Source: Waterburya sp.
GTDB taxonomy: Bacteria > Cyanobacteriota > Cyanobacteriia > Cyanobacteriales > Xenococcaceae
Reading direction: 5' to 3'
Assembly (NCBI GenBank): GCA_965217895.1
Contig: CBDCJV010000002.1
Location: 3,872,001 to 3,936,000, forward strand
DNA: 64,000 nucleotides
Shown: piece by piece, positions 19,401 to 28,420 of the stretch
Position numbering within the stretch: the first letter of the stretch is position 1
Layout: each line of letters starts with the position of its first letter
Notes under the pieces: model-generated
Seen by the model: only the letters and a program-made list of their open reading frames with translations
Databases searched by the model: none
What the model was told of the DNA's origin: nothing
Position numbers and translations under genes: made by a program

Positions 19401-21140
19401 TGATTGTTCAAAAATTATTTCTAATAAAGGTTTGTCCAAATACGGCTGTAAAATTTCTGCACATCGATCTAAAGCCTTGCGAAAAACAGGTTGAGTATCG
19501 TCAAGTTGTTGACCCATGCCTACATACTGCGAACCTTGTCCTGTAAATAGCCAACAGGTTTTCTTCGCTTGATTACCAACGCTGCTTTCTCTTAAACCTG
19601 CTGTTTCTTTGCCAGATACAAAAGCTGTAAGCTGTTTTTGTAATTGCTGAGTCGATTTAGCAATGCAGGTGAGGCGATGATTAAAATGACTTCTTTGTTG
19701 TTGAGTTGCTGTACAAATATTCTCTAAAGATACCTCTGTCTCTTGAATAAAATCTTGATAACTTTGTGCCAACTGCCGTAATGCAGATTTACTCTTAGCC
19801 GAAATAGTCAACAAATTCAAAGAAGATAACTCTATTTCCTCGTCTGCTTGTCGCCTTGTCTCATAGTCTCCCATAACAATATGAGCATTTGTGCCACCAA
19901 AGCCAAAAGAGTTAACTCCTGCAATTAATTGTTTGTTTTTTGACCACGGGATTAGCTGAGTAACCACCTGTAATTTTAAATTTTTAAAAGCGATCGCATC
20001 ATTTGGAGTATTAAAATGTAGGCTGGGTGGGATCTGTTTATGCTTGAGTGCTAGTGCTACTTTGATAATCCCCGCAATACCTGCTGCGGTTTCGGTATGT
20101 CCGATATTAGTTTTGACTGAACCTATTAGACAGTTATTTCCTGGTTGACGATCCTTGCCAAAAACCACCCCTAAAGCCTGAGCTTCAATGGGATCTCCTA
20201 CTTTTGTCCCTGTACCATGAGCCTCGATATAATCTACCCTGGCAGGATCTATCCCTCCACGCTGATAAGCCTCCCGTAAAACAGCCTCTTGCGCCACAGG
20301 ATTTGGTGCAGCCATACCGTTACTCAAGCCATCTTGGTTTACTGCGCTGCTAAGAATTACCCCATAGATATCGTTACCATCTGCTTGAGCTTGAGACAAA
20401 GGTTTTAATAAAATTAACCCTGCACCCTCTCCCCTGACATAACCGTCAGCACTAGCATCAAAACTCTTACAGCGTCCATCACTAGACATAAAACCGCCCT
20501 TGCTAAAGCCCACCATAATTGTCGGTAGTAGCAGCATATTAACCCCACCAGCTAAAGCAAGCTCAGATTCTCCTGTCCAAATACTCTGACAGGCTAAATG
20601 GACAGAAACTAAAGAAGAAGAGCAAGCAGTATCTACCGCCAAACTAGGGCCTTTAAAATCAAAGATATAAGAAATACGATTGGCAGCAATACAGTTACCT
20701 GTGCCTGTAGTGGCGTAAGGTTCACTCACAGGCTGTTGCCACATCATGATCGAATAGTCATGAGTACCAATACCGATAAATACACCTGTTTTGCTACCCT
20801 TGAGATCTTTAGGGATTTGGCCAGCATCTTCCAAGGTTTCCCAAGCGACTTCTAACAATAGACGTTGTTGCGGATCCATTGTGACTGCTTCTTTAGGGGC
20901 AATGCCAAAAAATTGTGGATCAAATTGGTCAACATCTTCGAGAAATCCACCCCAGCGAGTATTAGCTTTACCTGGCTTAGTTTTATCTGGATCATAGTAA
21001 GAATCTACATCCCATCGAGATTCAGGAACTTCAGACACCCCATCTACTCCATCTCGCATCATTGACCAAAAGGCTTGAGGATTTTTTGCGCCAGGAAAAC
21101 GACAGCCAATACCAATAATTGCGATGGGTTCTAGTTGCAT
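13488..21140 (-). CDS. Single-module reducing type I PKS (KS-AT-DH-ER-KR-ACP) fused to a C-terminal PLP-dependent alpha-oxoamine synthase (AONS/SPT family)
   Basis: KS DTACSSS/HGTGT/NIGH; AT GHSIG and HAFH; DH DHCLENQTVFP; ER HAAAGGVG; KR ITGGFGALG, LDD, YAAAN; ACP LGMDSL; AOS SYNYIG, SHNS, DEAHS, GTLSKS. Confidence 0.93.
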   Translation of the reverse strand: MQLEPIAIIGIGCRFPGAKNPQAFWSMMRDGVDGVSEVPESRWDVDSYYDPDKTKPGKANTRWGGFLEDVDQFDPQFFGIAPKEAVTMDPQQRLLLEVAWETLEDAGQIPKDLKGSKTGVFIGIGTHDYSIMMWQQPVSEPYATTGTGNCIAANRISYIFDFKGPSLAVDTACSSSLVSVHLACQSIWTGESELALAGGVNMLLLPTIMVGFSKGGFMSSDGRCKSFDASADGYVRGEGAGLILLKPLSQAQADGNDIYGVILSSAVNQDGLSNGMAAPNPVAQEAVLREAYQRGGIDPARVDYIEAHGTGTKVGDPIEAQALGVVFGKDRQPGNNCLIGSVKTNIGHTETAAGIAGIIKVALALKHKQIPPSLHFNTPNDAIAFKNLKLQVVTQLIPWSKNKQLIAGVNSFGFGGTNAHIVMGDYETRRQADEEIELSSLNLLTISAKSKSALRQLAQSYQDFIQETEVSLENICTATQQQRSHFNHRLTCIAKSTQQLQKQLTAFVSGKETAGLRESSVGNQAKKTCWLFTGQGSQYVGMGQQLDDTQPVFRKALDRCAEILQPYLDKPLLEIIFEQSTINIGAKCKGVSRNAPTEINRTIYTQPAIFSIEYALAQLWLSWGIKPDYVAGHSIGEYVAACVAGVFSLADGLKLVATRGRLMEELPSSGGMLAIFSSQAKIAELIATYKEEVSIAAINNNQNTVIAGKKDTLAVIEDKLAQIDISSTLLEVSHAFHSPLMKPMLADFQAVAAEITYAAPKIPLVSNVTAQLAKEEIISSDYWVNHIIQPVKFADSFQFLLQQDVDIFLEIGAKPILASIGKTILATEVDDHPILLPSLSDKQNDWQVILNSVAQLYHQGIGIDWRVFNQGYFAQGVKLPTYPFQRQKYWWEKAKFWTEDNLNIQQQLHLLLGNPITLAVTSEIYFKGQVNAHNPEYLQDHCLENQTVFPATAYIEMALIAGKYIYSDSNFQLEQFTIKKPLLLSDKVTELQTVISKLENCSRLQIFSKNDRESDFALHCESIIKPVLKNISVQINIKDVKSRLQPILDISNYYQELSDKGLNYGVNFQGIKQLWKGDDQALGYIEIPDKITNENYQLHPALLDSCLQLIGAAIESTQGVYLPVGIESLKVYQSCNNKVWAQVNIKLTGNSQILKADLFLVDNLGDLVAEMTDLSLQYLSLRSLHKLIDAPVKEEACTDNWLYGIDWEAKDLDTENLTKTIGKDCWLIFTDQTDLSQKLADKLSGILLVKGGKFKRQKNNQYTINFNHPEDFKKLWQVIKRKKITNLKIVYFSRGDSQCKGERPFAPTYDRDCQGIFNLIQSLSTQENLNLNQLTIITEQTQFKSAHNLSGSVWGLGRTIQQEYASLSCNLIDFDNVNVEQLLPELLLSDGETQVAYYNQQRYVARLAPQNNTLNNPFRLQLSEYGTLDNLTLAPLQRRPPQPGEIEIEVTASGVNFRDILNALGVLKEYLQAMGFADSTGVPFGGECAGVIVAVGVGVTNFQIGDEIIAAQAVGSLSSHVTVDARFAIAKPDHLNYAEAATIPTTFLTAYYGLHYLAKIKAGDKILIHAAAGGVGQAAVQIAQQAGAEIYATASVGKWEFLKASGVKYVMNSRTLDFAEEVMQLTDGKGVDLVLNSLNGDFISKNLDILTPEGRFVEIGKVGIWNKAQITKKRPDISYFPFDLLEVSDRDPDLIASLFAELRQQFVERTLKPLPHKVFPIEQADDAFRYMAQAKHIGKVVISMPTSNQVVKSDGSYLITGGFGALGLQVANWLAQEGAKNLILLGRNQPTKQAQQAIDKLKRQDVTVNVIQADITDYEAVKNIFSNEKLESKSVSQYRIRGVIHAAGRLDDGLLKTLSWERFQAVLQPKITGAWNLHLATKEQPLDWFVCFSSIVSVFGAAGQSNYAAANAFMDNLMSYRRNLGLPGLSINWSIWDEVGMASRMTSQQQEKLKQQGLNAIAPQQGLKVLKQLLQQQANQTIVFPVDWATFLRQQPDNPFFERLQPQTETKSALTSSFLQQLASAPEDKQHHILQSHIREQIAKVLGFSDPEDIDTQEKFADLGMDSLMAVEFKNNLQASLGDAVSLTAAFDYPNVELLTDYIAQELSVGNVLQNVNVGAIRDVWTNGCSPLQEIPNKITILPAKRTQINIKPEYSQFKSTPEYINLKKDLERVKKLGNPFFSLHQGIAQDTIKTNGRELINYSSYNYIGMSGDPVVIEATQKAIAKYGTSVSASRVLSGERPLHLELEREIADFIGTEDAIVYVGGHATNVSTIGHLFNEKDLIICDALSHNSIREGCNLSGATIIDFPHNDYQALEAILERERTKYQKVLIAVEGIYSTDGDLAPVPKIVELKHHYQTFLLVDEAHSIGVLGLSGGGIREHFNLQPTDVDLWMGTLSKSFASCGGYIAGCRELIQYLKYTAPGFVFSVGMSPANTAAALTAIRLLKSEPERAIKLQSRAKFCLNLAKSKGFNTGYSADSPIIPIIVGEPHKAVNLSQLLGQAGINVQPMVYPSVPYDAARLRFFITSLHSETQILTTMDNLEKLVVSS
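14743..14790. repeat. GTAG-type REP-like palindrome inside PKS CDS
   Basis: TGTAGGGGCGA...TCGCCCCTACA inverted repeat. Confidence 0.75.
17217..17263. repeat. GTAG-type REP-like palindrome inside PKS CDS
   Basis: TGTAGGGGCGAACGGCCGTTCGCCCTTACA followed by CGCCCCTAC. Confidence 0.75.
19351..19389. repeat. GTAG-type REP-like palindrome inside PKS CDS
   Basis: GTAGGGGCGTTTCGCGAAACGCCCTTAC. Confidence 0.75.
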
Positions 21141-21550
21141 AGTTGAGGGTGCTTCAGTCTGAAACTAATTAACTTGGAGTGTAGATTAGCATATCTGCAA
21201 AGTGTTATATGCTAGCTAAAATTAAATTAGACGTTGTTAAAAAAAGTCAACAGTAATTATCCGCAAATGTTGAATTAATTGAAGGAGATAACATCGATAC
21301 CTTCTATAAATATTTTTAGAGTTCTTTAATAAAGCATTAAATTTTTGATAATCTGCTCATAATTTACTTTAATCTAGCTTTCTGTCTAAAAAATGACCAA
21401 CGGGCGAAGCCTGCTGTGACTTGAGTAAAATTGCAAAAATGGGTCGCCAGAACTTATTTGTCGAGAAAACCAAGTTCTGTAAGAGCATATACTATTTGAA
21501 GAGAGAAATAAACTTTTTTGTCTCTTCGAGACTACCGCAGGTGATCGTAA

Positions 21551-22975
21551 ATGCAGAAGCAAAGAGCCTATATTATTTTAATTTTGGCATTGGTCGCAGC
21601 AGCGATCGCAATTTTAACTACCATCCCCCCTCAGTTAGGACTTGACTTAAGAGGTGGAGCGCAGTTAACCATTCAGGTAAATCCAACTAAAGAACAGCCT
21701 GATGTCAAGCCTACTCCAAATGATATTGAAGCAGTCAAAAGCGTGCTTCAAAATAGGATTAATGAATTTGGAGTCTCCGAAACCACGGTGCAAACAATTG
21801 GTGAAGACAAAATATTGATTCAGCTACCAGGGGAAAGTCAACCCGAAGAAGCAGAAAGACGTTTGAAAGGAACGGCTAAACTAGAGTTTAAAGAGCAAAA
21901 GCAAGGAACAGAAGGTCAGCTAGCTGCCGAATCTCAGGTAAGACAACAGCTTTTGGCACAGCAGGCTATCTTAAGCAAAGGAGATTTGCCAACAGGCGAT
22001 CGAGAAAAGCTAGGCAAAATTCAAGAATCACTTCAGAAATCTAATCAGGCGATTGATGGTTTATTCCAATCTGTTGGTCTAACGGGTACAAACCTGACCG
22101 ATGCTCGCCCTCAGCCCGATTCTACAGGAAAACGTTGGGAAGTAGCAATTAGTTTTAATGACGCTGGCGGGAAAAAGTTTGCTGAGTTAACCAAAAACCT
22201 CGCAGGTACTGGTCGTAGTATCGGTATTTTCCTTGACGACCAGTTACTTAGTTCTCCCGTTGTCGGACCAGAATTTGCTGATACAGGTATTGCTGGAGGT
22301 CGAGCGGTTATTACGGGCAACTTTAATATCGACAGTGCTAAAGACCTAGCAATTCAAATTAAAGGTGGTTCTTTGCCCTTCCCTATTTCCATCGTCGAAA
22401 ATCGAACCGTTGGGGCAACTCTAGGACAAGACAGCGTGCGCCGTAGTATTATTGCTGGCTGTGTGGGTTTGGTTTTAGTATTGGTCTTTATGGTGGTTTA
22501 TTATCGTCTACCAGGGGTAATTGCTGATGTTGCCTTGATTGTTTACGCCTTGTTGACTATGGCTTGCTATGCTTTGATAGGAGTGACCCTGACGCTACCA
22601 GGAATAGCGGGATTTATTCTCAGTATCGGCATGGCGGTAGATGCTAATGTGCTTATTTTTGAGCGCACCAGAGAAGAATTACGGGCAGGTAAAACTATGT
22701 ATCGCTCCGTAGAGTCGGGATTTTTTCGGGCATTTTCAAGTATTTTAGATAGTAACGTCACAACAGCGATCGCCTGTTTGGCTTTACTCTGGCTTGGTTC
22801 TGGTTTGGTTAAAGGTTTTGCCGTTACTTTACTTGTTGGCGTAGTGGTAAGTATGTTTACTGCTGTTACCTGTAGTCGTACCTTGATGCTGTTGGTAGTT
22901 TTAAGTTTACCCAAAGTCCGACAAAAGCCAGAATTATTCTGCCCCAACTTAAATTCAGCAACCAGCAATCAATGA
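21551..22975 (+). CDS. secD: Protein translocase subunit SecD
   Basis: LGLDLRGG, LTLPGIAGFILSIGMAVDANVLIFER, DSNVTT. Confidence 0.97.
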   Translation: MQKQRAYIILILALVAAAIAILTTIPPQLGLDLRGGAQLTIQVNPTKEQPDVKPTPNDIEAVKSVLQNRINEFGVSETTVQTIGEDKILIQLPGESQPEEAERRLKGTAKLEFKEQKQGTEGQLAAESQVRQQLLAQQAILSKGDLPTGDREKLGKIQESLQKSNQAIDGLFQSVGLTGTNLTDARPQPDSTGKRWEVAISFNDAGGKKFAELTKNLAGTGRSIGIFLDDQLLSSPVVGPEFADTGIAGGRAVITGNFNIDSAKDLAIQIKGGSLPFPISIVENRTVGATLGQDSVRRSIIAGCVGLVLVLVFMVVYYRLPGVIADVALIVYALLTMACYALIGVTLTLPGIAGFILSIGMAVDANVLIFERTREELRAGKTMYRSVESGFFRAFSSILDSNVTTAIACLALLWLGSGLVKGFAVTLLVGVVVSMFTAVTCSRTLMLLVVLSLPKVRQKPELFCPNLNSATSNQ

Positions 22976-23004
22976 ACAATTATCAATTATCAATAAATTG
23001 AAAA

Positions 23005-23961
23005 ATGAAATTTAGCGTTACCAAAAGACGAGGCTTATGGTGGACAATCTCTGGAACAGCTATAGTTGCCAGTATTGTCATGATGATTATTTCTTTTGCC
23101 ATTTTAAATGCCCCTTTACGTCCAGGTCTTGATTTTATCGGCGGTACTCGCATCCAAATCGCTAAAGATTGCTCGGTAGCGGGCAACTGCAATCAGCCTA
23201 TAGATACGGCTCAGGTGCGAGAAGTTTTAGATAAACAAGGCTATGGCAACAGCAGTATTCAGCTATTGGGAGATGCGCAACAGATTCTCTCGGTACGGAC
23301 AGAAAATATTGATGGTGAACAGCGGACTAAACTGCTTGACTCTCTAGGTAAGGCTATTGGCAAGTTTGATAGTCAGACTATTCAAATTGATTCAGTTGGA
23401 CCAACTATTGGTGAAGAACTGTTTGTATCAGGAATCTTGGCATTGTTGGTGGCATTTTTTGGCATCATTGTCTATTTGAGCATTCGTTTTCAGTTTGACT
23501 ATGCTTTTTTTGCGATCGCTGCTTTATTTCATGATGTTTTAATTACATCAGGTGTTTTCTCATTTTTAGGCTTGGTAATGGGCTTAGAAGTAGATAGCTT
23601 ATTTTTGGTATCGCTCTTAACCATTATTGGTTTTTCAGTGAACGATACCGTCGTCATTTACGATCGCATTCGCGAAAATTTAGTCAACACTCCCGAACTA
23701 TCGATTAACGAAGTTATTGACAATGCCGTTAGTCAGACTTTGGGTCGTTCGATCAATACGACCTTGACTACTTTACTACCCTTATTAGGCATCTTCTTCT
23801 TTGGAGGACAAACTTTAAAATTCTTTGCTTTAGCCTTAATTATCGGCTTTATTTTGGGTGCTTACTCCAGTATTTTTATTGCCAGTACCCTCCTTGCCTG
23901 GTGGAGAAATAAACAGGGAAAAAATACGGTGGCAAGATCTGATTTGCCTATATCAGAATAA
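23005..23961 (+). CDS. secF: Protein translocase subunit SecF
   Basis: [37 protein letters not shown]; follows secD. Confidence 0.97.
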   Translation: MKFSVTKRRGLWWTISGTAIVASIVMMIISFAILNAPLRPGLDFIGGTRIQIAKDCSVAGNCNQPIDTAQVREVLDKQGYGNSSIQLLGDAQQILSVRTENIDGEQRTKLLDSLGKAIGKFDSQTIQIDSVGPTIGEELFVSGILALLVAFFGIIVYLSIRFQFDYAFFAIAALFHDVLITSGVFSFLGLVMGLEVDSLFLVSLLTIIGFSVNDTVVIYDRIRENLVNTPELSINEVIDNAVSQTLGRSINTTLTTLLPLLGIFFFGGQTLKFFALALIIGFILGAYSSIFIASTLLAWWRNKQGKNTVARSDLPISE

Positions 23962-24006
23962 AAATAGTCAAGATGAGCAAAATATTCTGCATCTGAGTAA
24001 AGTAAA

Positions 24007-24381
24007 GTGAGCAAATTTCAATCTGATTTTCAGCATAAGGTATTGAGATTACATCAGTTAACTGTCTATGGTCGCTGGCTATTTGTCTTATTTAGCTGGC
24101 TTACTTTTGGGCTTTATGCTCTTTGGAGTTTAAAAGCAGAAATTGCTCTGTGGTTTGATTACTTTACTTGGGCAGCGGTGTATTATGGGCTGCATTTCAA
24201 TTTCTTGCCTACACTTTGTCTAGCTTTTTGCATCGCGGTTACTATATCTGTTTTAGTCTGGCAAAGTCGGAATCTTCTTTGGGGTTTGCCAAAGAGCGAA
24301 AAACGCCAACTGGAAAAACGAGTAGAGAAAATTTTGGCAAGGGGCGAAAAACATCCTTTCTGGAAATGGATTAATTCTTAA
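24007..24381 (+). CDS. Hypothetical membrane protein
   Basis: 124 aa, 2-3 TM segments, co-directional after secF. Confidence 0.65.
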   Translation: MSKFQSDFQHKVLRLHQLTVYGRWLFVLFSWLTFGLYALWSLKAEIALWFDYFTWAAVYYGLHFNFLPTLCLAFCIAVTISVLVWQSRNLLWGLPKSEKRQLEKRVEKILARGEKHPFWKWINS

Positions 24382-24408
24382 TTGCGGAAGTAACATAGTT
24401 ATTCCAAA

Positions 24409-27400
24409 TTAAATTTCTTCAATCACTCCTTCAGATTGATTGGCGATCGCTTTTAGATCGTCAATTACTTGTGCATCAACATTTTGCCATAATCCTCGCT
24501 GATGTGCCTCCAAGAGTCTTTCAGACATATCCCGCAAAGCCCAGGGGTTTTTGGCTTGAATAAATTGCTGTACTTGTTCATCAAAAATATAGGCTTTGGC
24601 TACTCCTTCATACATATAGTCGGCGACACAGTTAGCCGTAGCATCATAAGCAAAAAGGTAATCTACCGTGGCTGCCATTTCAAACGCACCTTTATAGCCG
24701 TGACGCATCACACCTTTAATCCATTTCGGATTGATTACTCGCGATCGATATACCCTGGCTATTTCTTCAGTTAACTTCCGTACTCTAGGATTACTTGGTT
24801 GGGAGTTGTCGCCAAAGTAAACCTCTGGGTTTTTGCCTGTCAGACTACGTACCGCAGCAGTCATGCCACCCTGGAATTGATAGTAATCGTCGGAATCAAG
24901 TAAATCGTGTTCTCTATTGTCTTGATTATGTAGCACGATCTGTAGTTGTTTTAAGCGACGTTGAAAGGATTCAGGGGCAGCGTAGCCTTGACCACTGCCA
25001 TCATAAGCATAAGAACTCCAGTTAAGATAAGCTCTGGCTAAATCTTCGTCACTTTGCCAATTTTGCGCCTCAATTAAACCCTGGATTCCCGCACCGTAAG
25101 CCCCAGGCTTGGAACCAAACACCCGATAAATAGCTCGTTTTTGGGCTGCCTCAGCATCTATTCCTTGCTCTTGTAATAGCTGTTGTTCTGTTTCTACTGC
25201 ATTAGCTAAAGGATTAATCTGTGCTGTTTCTGGTAAAGTAGCGACAGTTTGTGTTATTTTATTCAACAAGTTAATTATATTAGGGAAAGAGTCTCTAAAA
25301 AAGCCTGACACCCGTACCGTTACATCCACACGGGGACGATTTAAAATAGAGGCTGGCAACACTTCAAAATCAATTACTCGACGTGACATCCCATCCCAGA
25401 CTGGCCTGACTCCCATTAATGCCATTACCTGAGCAATATCATCGCCTCCAGTCCGCATGGTTGAGGTTCCCCAGATAGAAATTGCTAAGGATTGAGGATA
25501 TTCGCCGTTTTCTTGGGTATAGCGTTCAATTACTACCTCTGCTGCCTTGCTGCCTACTTCCCAGGCGGTTTCGGTAGGAATACCGCGAATGTCTACCGAA
25601 TAAAAGTTACGTCCTGTGGGCAATACCTCTGGTCTACCTCTAGTAGGTGCGCCTGATGCACCACTGGGTATATATTTGCCATCTAAAGCTTTGAGTAAGT
25701 TGATGATTTCGCGATCGCTTTTAATTAGATTTGGCAGTAGGGTATTTTTAATCCACTGGAGTTGGGTTTGGGTAAAGGGTAAAGGCGAAAGGCTTAAGCC
25801 GCATCTAAAGGTAAAGGGTTTATGAGCAATGAGTTGTTCTACTAACTCGATAGCAATTTCTTCGAGGATAGCGATCGCATCACCTTTATTTCTGGCTTGT
25901 TTTAATTTTTTTATATAACCACCTTCTCCCAGTCCCCTAGTCCCCCAGTCCCCTAGTCTCCCAGCCTCAGCATCTCCGCCTAACAATGGATCGAAATCTA
26001 AACCAAAATCTTTTGCTAAAGCCTGGGTTAAACCCATACGGTTGTAACTAGGTGAACGAGCGATCGCAATTATCAGATCTCGCAGTTGTTCCCCTTGGGG
26101 ACATTGACCAAAGATATGTAAACCATCCCGTATCTGCGCTTCTTTTAGTTCACAGAGATAGCCATCAGCGACAGAAAGAAATTGCGCTAAAGTTTTGGTT
26201 TCATTAGGTTTGATGCCTAAATCTCGATCTAAGTTTTCTTGCTGGACAAGTTGGGTAATGCGATCGCTAATGATACTAAGTCGTGTCGGATCTAAGCTTT
26301 GTGCTTCGTAGTATTCATCGATCAAAGCCTCTAATTTTTCTAAACCACCGTATAGTTCAGCGCGGGTAAGAGGTGGGGTAAGATGATCGATAATTACGGC
26401 TTGCGATCGCCTTTTTGTCTGTGAACCTTCTCCTGGATCGTTAACAATAAAGGGATAAATATTGGGGATAGTTTGTAAGGCAACTTCAGGATAGCAACTG
26501 GCAGATAATGCCAAGCTTTTTCCTGGTAGCCATTCTAAGTTACCATGTTTGCCCACATGAACGATCGCCTGTACCCCAAAGCAACTTCTTAGCCAATGGT
26601 AATAAGCTAAATACTCGTGGGTAGGTTCTAAATCTGGTGCATGGTAATTTAAACTCGGATCGCGATCGTATCCCCGCGATGGTTGGATACCAATGAATAT
26701 ATTACCCAATTGTATTCCAGGAATATTAATCTGTGAGGGCAAACCACCGTTTGCCCCTACCTCCCCATTTCCCCATCTCCCCATCTCCCCATCCTGCTTG
26801 GTAATTTCATGAGGATGTTCGACAAAAACGCCCCATCTGTCGGTTATACCTTGCTGTACTGCTTCAGGTAATGTCTCCCAATACTTTTGATATTCTTCTA
26901 TGGATAAACTTTGATATGTTGGACGAGAGACACGACTTTCAGGATCGTTGGTAATACCTGTGGTTAAGCGTTGAATTAATTCTTCTCCCGTCTCGGGCAT
27001 ATCAGTAACTGTATAACCTGATTGTTGTAAAGCTTCCAGGATTTTGATACAGCTTGCGGGAGTATCTAAACCAACCCCGTTGGCAATTCTGCCGTCTTTG
27101 TTAGGATAGTTAGCTAAGATTAACGCTACTTTCCTGTCTTTAGGTTTTGTATTGGCGAGATCGATCCAATTGGCTGCTGAGTCGGCGACAAAATCCGTGC
27201 GATCGCTTTTTGGCTGATAAACAACCACGTTGGTTTCTAACTTTTTATTCCAGGTTTGTACCGATTTAAAGGAAATAGCGCGGGTGATAATTCTGCCATC
27301 TACTTCTGGTAGTGCTACGTTCATGGCTACATCCCTGGGCATCAAGCCTTGTAAGCTAGATTCCCATTGCTCAAGAGTACTGCTACTTAATATCACCTGT

Positions 27401-28311
27401 AAAATGGGGACATTTAACTGTTGCCAAAATTGTAGTTGAGCAGACTCACCAATTTTTGCCAAAGAAAAACTAGTAGTGTTTAATAATACTTTGAGCGGAT
27501 TTTCTTGAAGCAAAGCTAATAATTGTTGCTGTAATTCTACATTTCTTAATGAAGAGATAAATATAGGTATGGGGCGTAAATTTCGAGATACTATAGATTG
27601 ACATAAACAATCAATTACCGTAGTGTTACCTGCTAAATAATGAGAACGATAAAAAAGAACTGCACAAGAGCGTAGCGAAGCTATCCCGTAAAGCTTATCG
27701 CTTTTAACATTTTTTGCCTCAATATTTAAGTTTTCTAAGCTATTTTTATCTATTTGGTTTTGCCATTGATAAATTCCTATTTCGGGAACAGACTTTGGTG
27801 CTGCTGGTATATACTTTGTTTGTAAACAAGCATCACTAATAAACCGCAAAGCATTGACAAAGTTTTCTTTTCCTCCTTCAATTAAATAACGCCACAATTG
27901 ATTGACAACAGCCAAAGAAACTGTCGAATGACTGATTAAATCGAGATCGGGAGCATTGTCTCCTGGTAACACAAATAAAGCAGCATTGCTCAACTCAACA
28001 GTTTCTTTAATTCTCTCTAATCCATAAGACCAGTAGGCACTTCCACCTAGTAGCCGTAAAATAACTACCTGTGCTTTTGACAACACTGTTTCTACATAAA
28101 CGTCGATGCTTAATTGTTGTTGTAAATTCAATAAATTAACTACTCTAATATCAGGGAAATCATTGTCTAAACGATCTTGAGCAGCAGCAATAGTTTGAAT
28201 ATCGGTATCAGCATAAGTTAGAAAAACAATTGGTGCAGGAGATTGTTCAATAAAAATTACACCCTCCATATTCGGATTCCAACCACCAGGAAGTGCTGCT
28301 AATTTGTGCAT
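24409..28311 (-). CDS. cobN: Cobaltochelatase large subunit CobN
   Basis: LPEVDGRI, HVGKHGNLEWLPGK, LPTGRNFY, NQDNREHDLLDSDDYYQF, RVINPKWI. Confidence 0.95.
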   Translation of the reverse strand: MHKLAALPGGWNPNMEGVIFIEQSPAPIVFLTYADTDIQTIAAAQDRLDNDFPDIRVVNLLNLQQQLSIDVYVETVLSKAQVVILRLLGGSAYWSYGLERIKETVELSNAALFVLPGDNAPDLDLISHSTVSLAVVNQLWRYLIEGGKENFVNALRFISDACLQTKYIPAAPKSVPEIGIYQWQNQIDKNSLENLNIEAKNVKSDKLYGIASLRSCAVLFYRSHYLAGNTTVIDCLCQSIVSRNLRPIPIFISSLRNVELQQQLLALLQENPLKVLLNTTSFSLAKIGESAQLQFWQQLNVPILQVILSSSTLEQWESSLQGLMPRDVAMNVALPEVDGRIITRAISFKSVQTWNKKLETNVVVYQPKSDRTDFVADSAANWIDLANTKPKDRKVALILANYPNKDGRIANGVGLDTPASCIKILEALQQSGYTVTDMPETGEELIQRLTTGITNDPESRVSRPTYQSLSIEEYQKYWETLPEAVQQGITDRWGVFVEHPHEITKQDGEMGRWGNGEVGANGGLPSQINIPGIQLGNIFIGIQPSRGYDRDPSLNYHAPDLEPTHEYLAYYHWLRSCFGVQAIVHVGKHGNLEWLPGKSLALSASCYPEVALQTIPNIYPFIVNDPGEGSQTKRRSQAVIIDHLTPPLTRAELYGGLEKLEALIDEYYEAQSLDPTRLSIISDRITQLVQQENLDRDLGIKPNETKTLAQFLSVADGYLCELKEAQIRDGLHIFGQCPQGEQLRDLIIAIARSPSYNRMGLTQALAKDFGLDFDPLLGGDAEAGRLGDWGTRGLGEGGYIKKLKQARNKGDAIAILEEIAIELVEQLIAHKPFTFRCGLSLSPLPFTQTQLQWIKNTLLPNLIKSDREIINLLKALDGKYIPSGASGAPTRGRPEVLPTGRNFYSVDIRGIPTETAWEVGSKAAEVVIERYTQENGEYPQSLAISIWGTSTMRTGGDDIAQVMALMGVRPVWDGMSRRVIDFEVLPASILNRPRVDVTVRVSGFFRDSFPNIINLLNKITQTVATLPETAQINPLANAVETEQQLLQEQGIDAEAAQKRAIYRVFGSKPGAYGAGIQGLIEAQNWQSDEDLARAYLNWSSYAYDGSGQGYAAPESFQRRLKQLQIVLHNQDNREHDLLDSDDYYQFQGGMTAAVRSLTGKNPEVYFGDNSQPSNPRVRKLTEEIARVYRSRVINPKWIKGVMRHGYKGAFEMAATVDYLFAYDATANCVADYMYEGVAKAYIFDEQVQQFIQAKNPWALRDMSERLLEAHQRGLWQNVDAQVIDDLKAIANQSEGVIEEI

Positions 28312-28420
28312 AGTTAATATTGGTCTAATCTTGAGAAATAATTACGGTTTAGATTAAGAGGATAAAAATGAGCCAAGCTAGATAAAAGCAGAAAAATGTG
28401 GTACTTGCCGAATTTAAATT

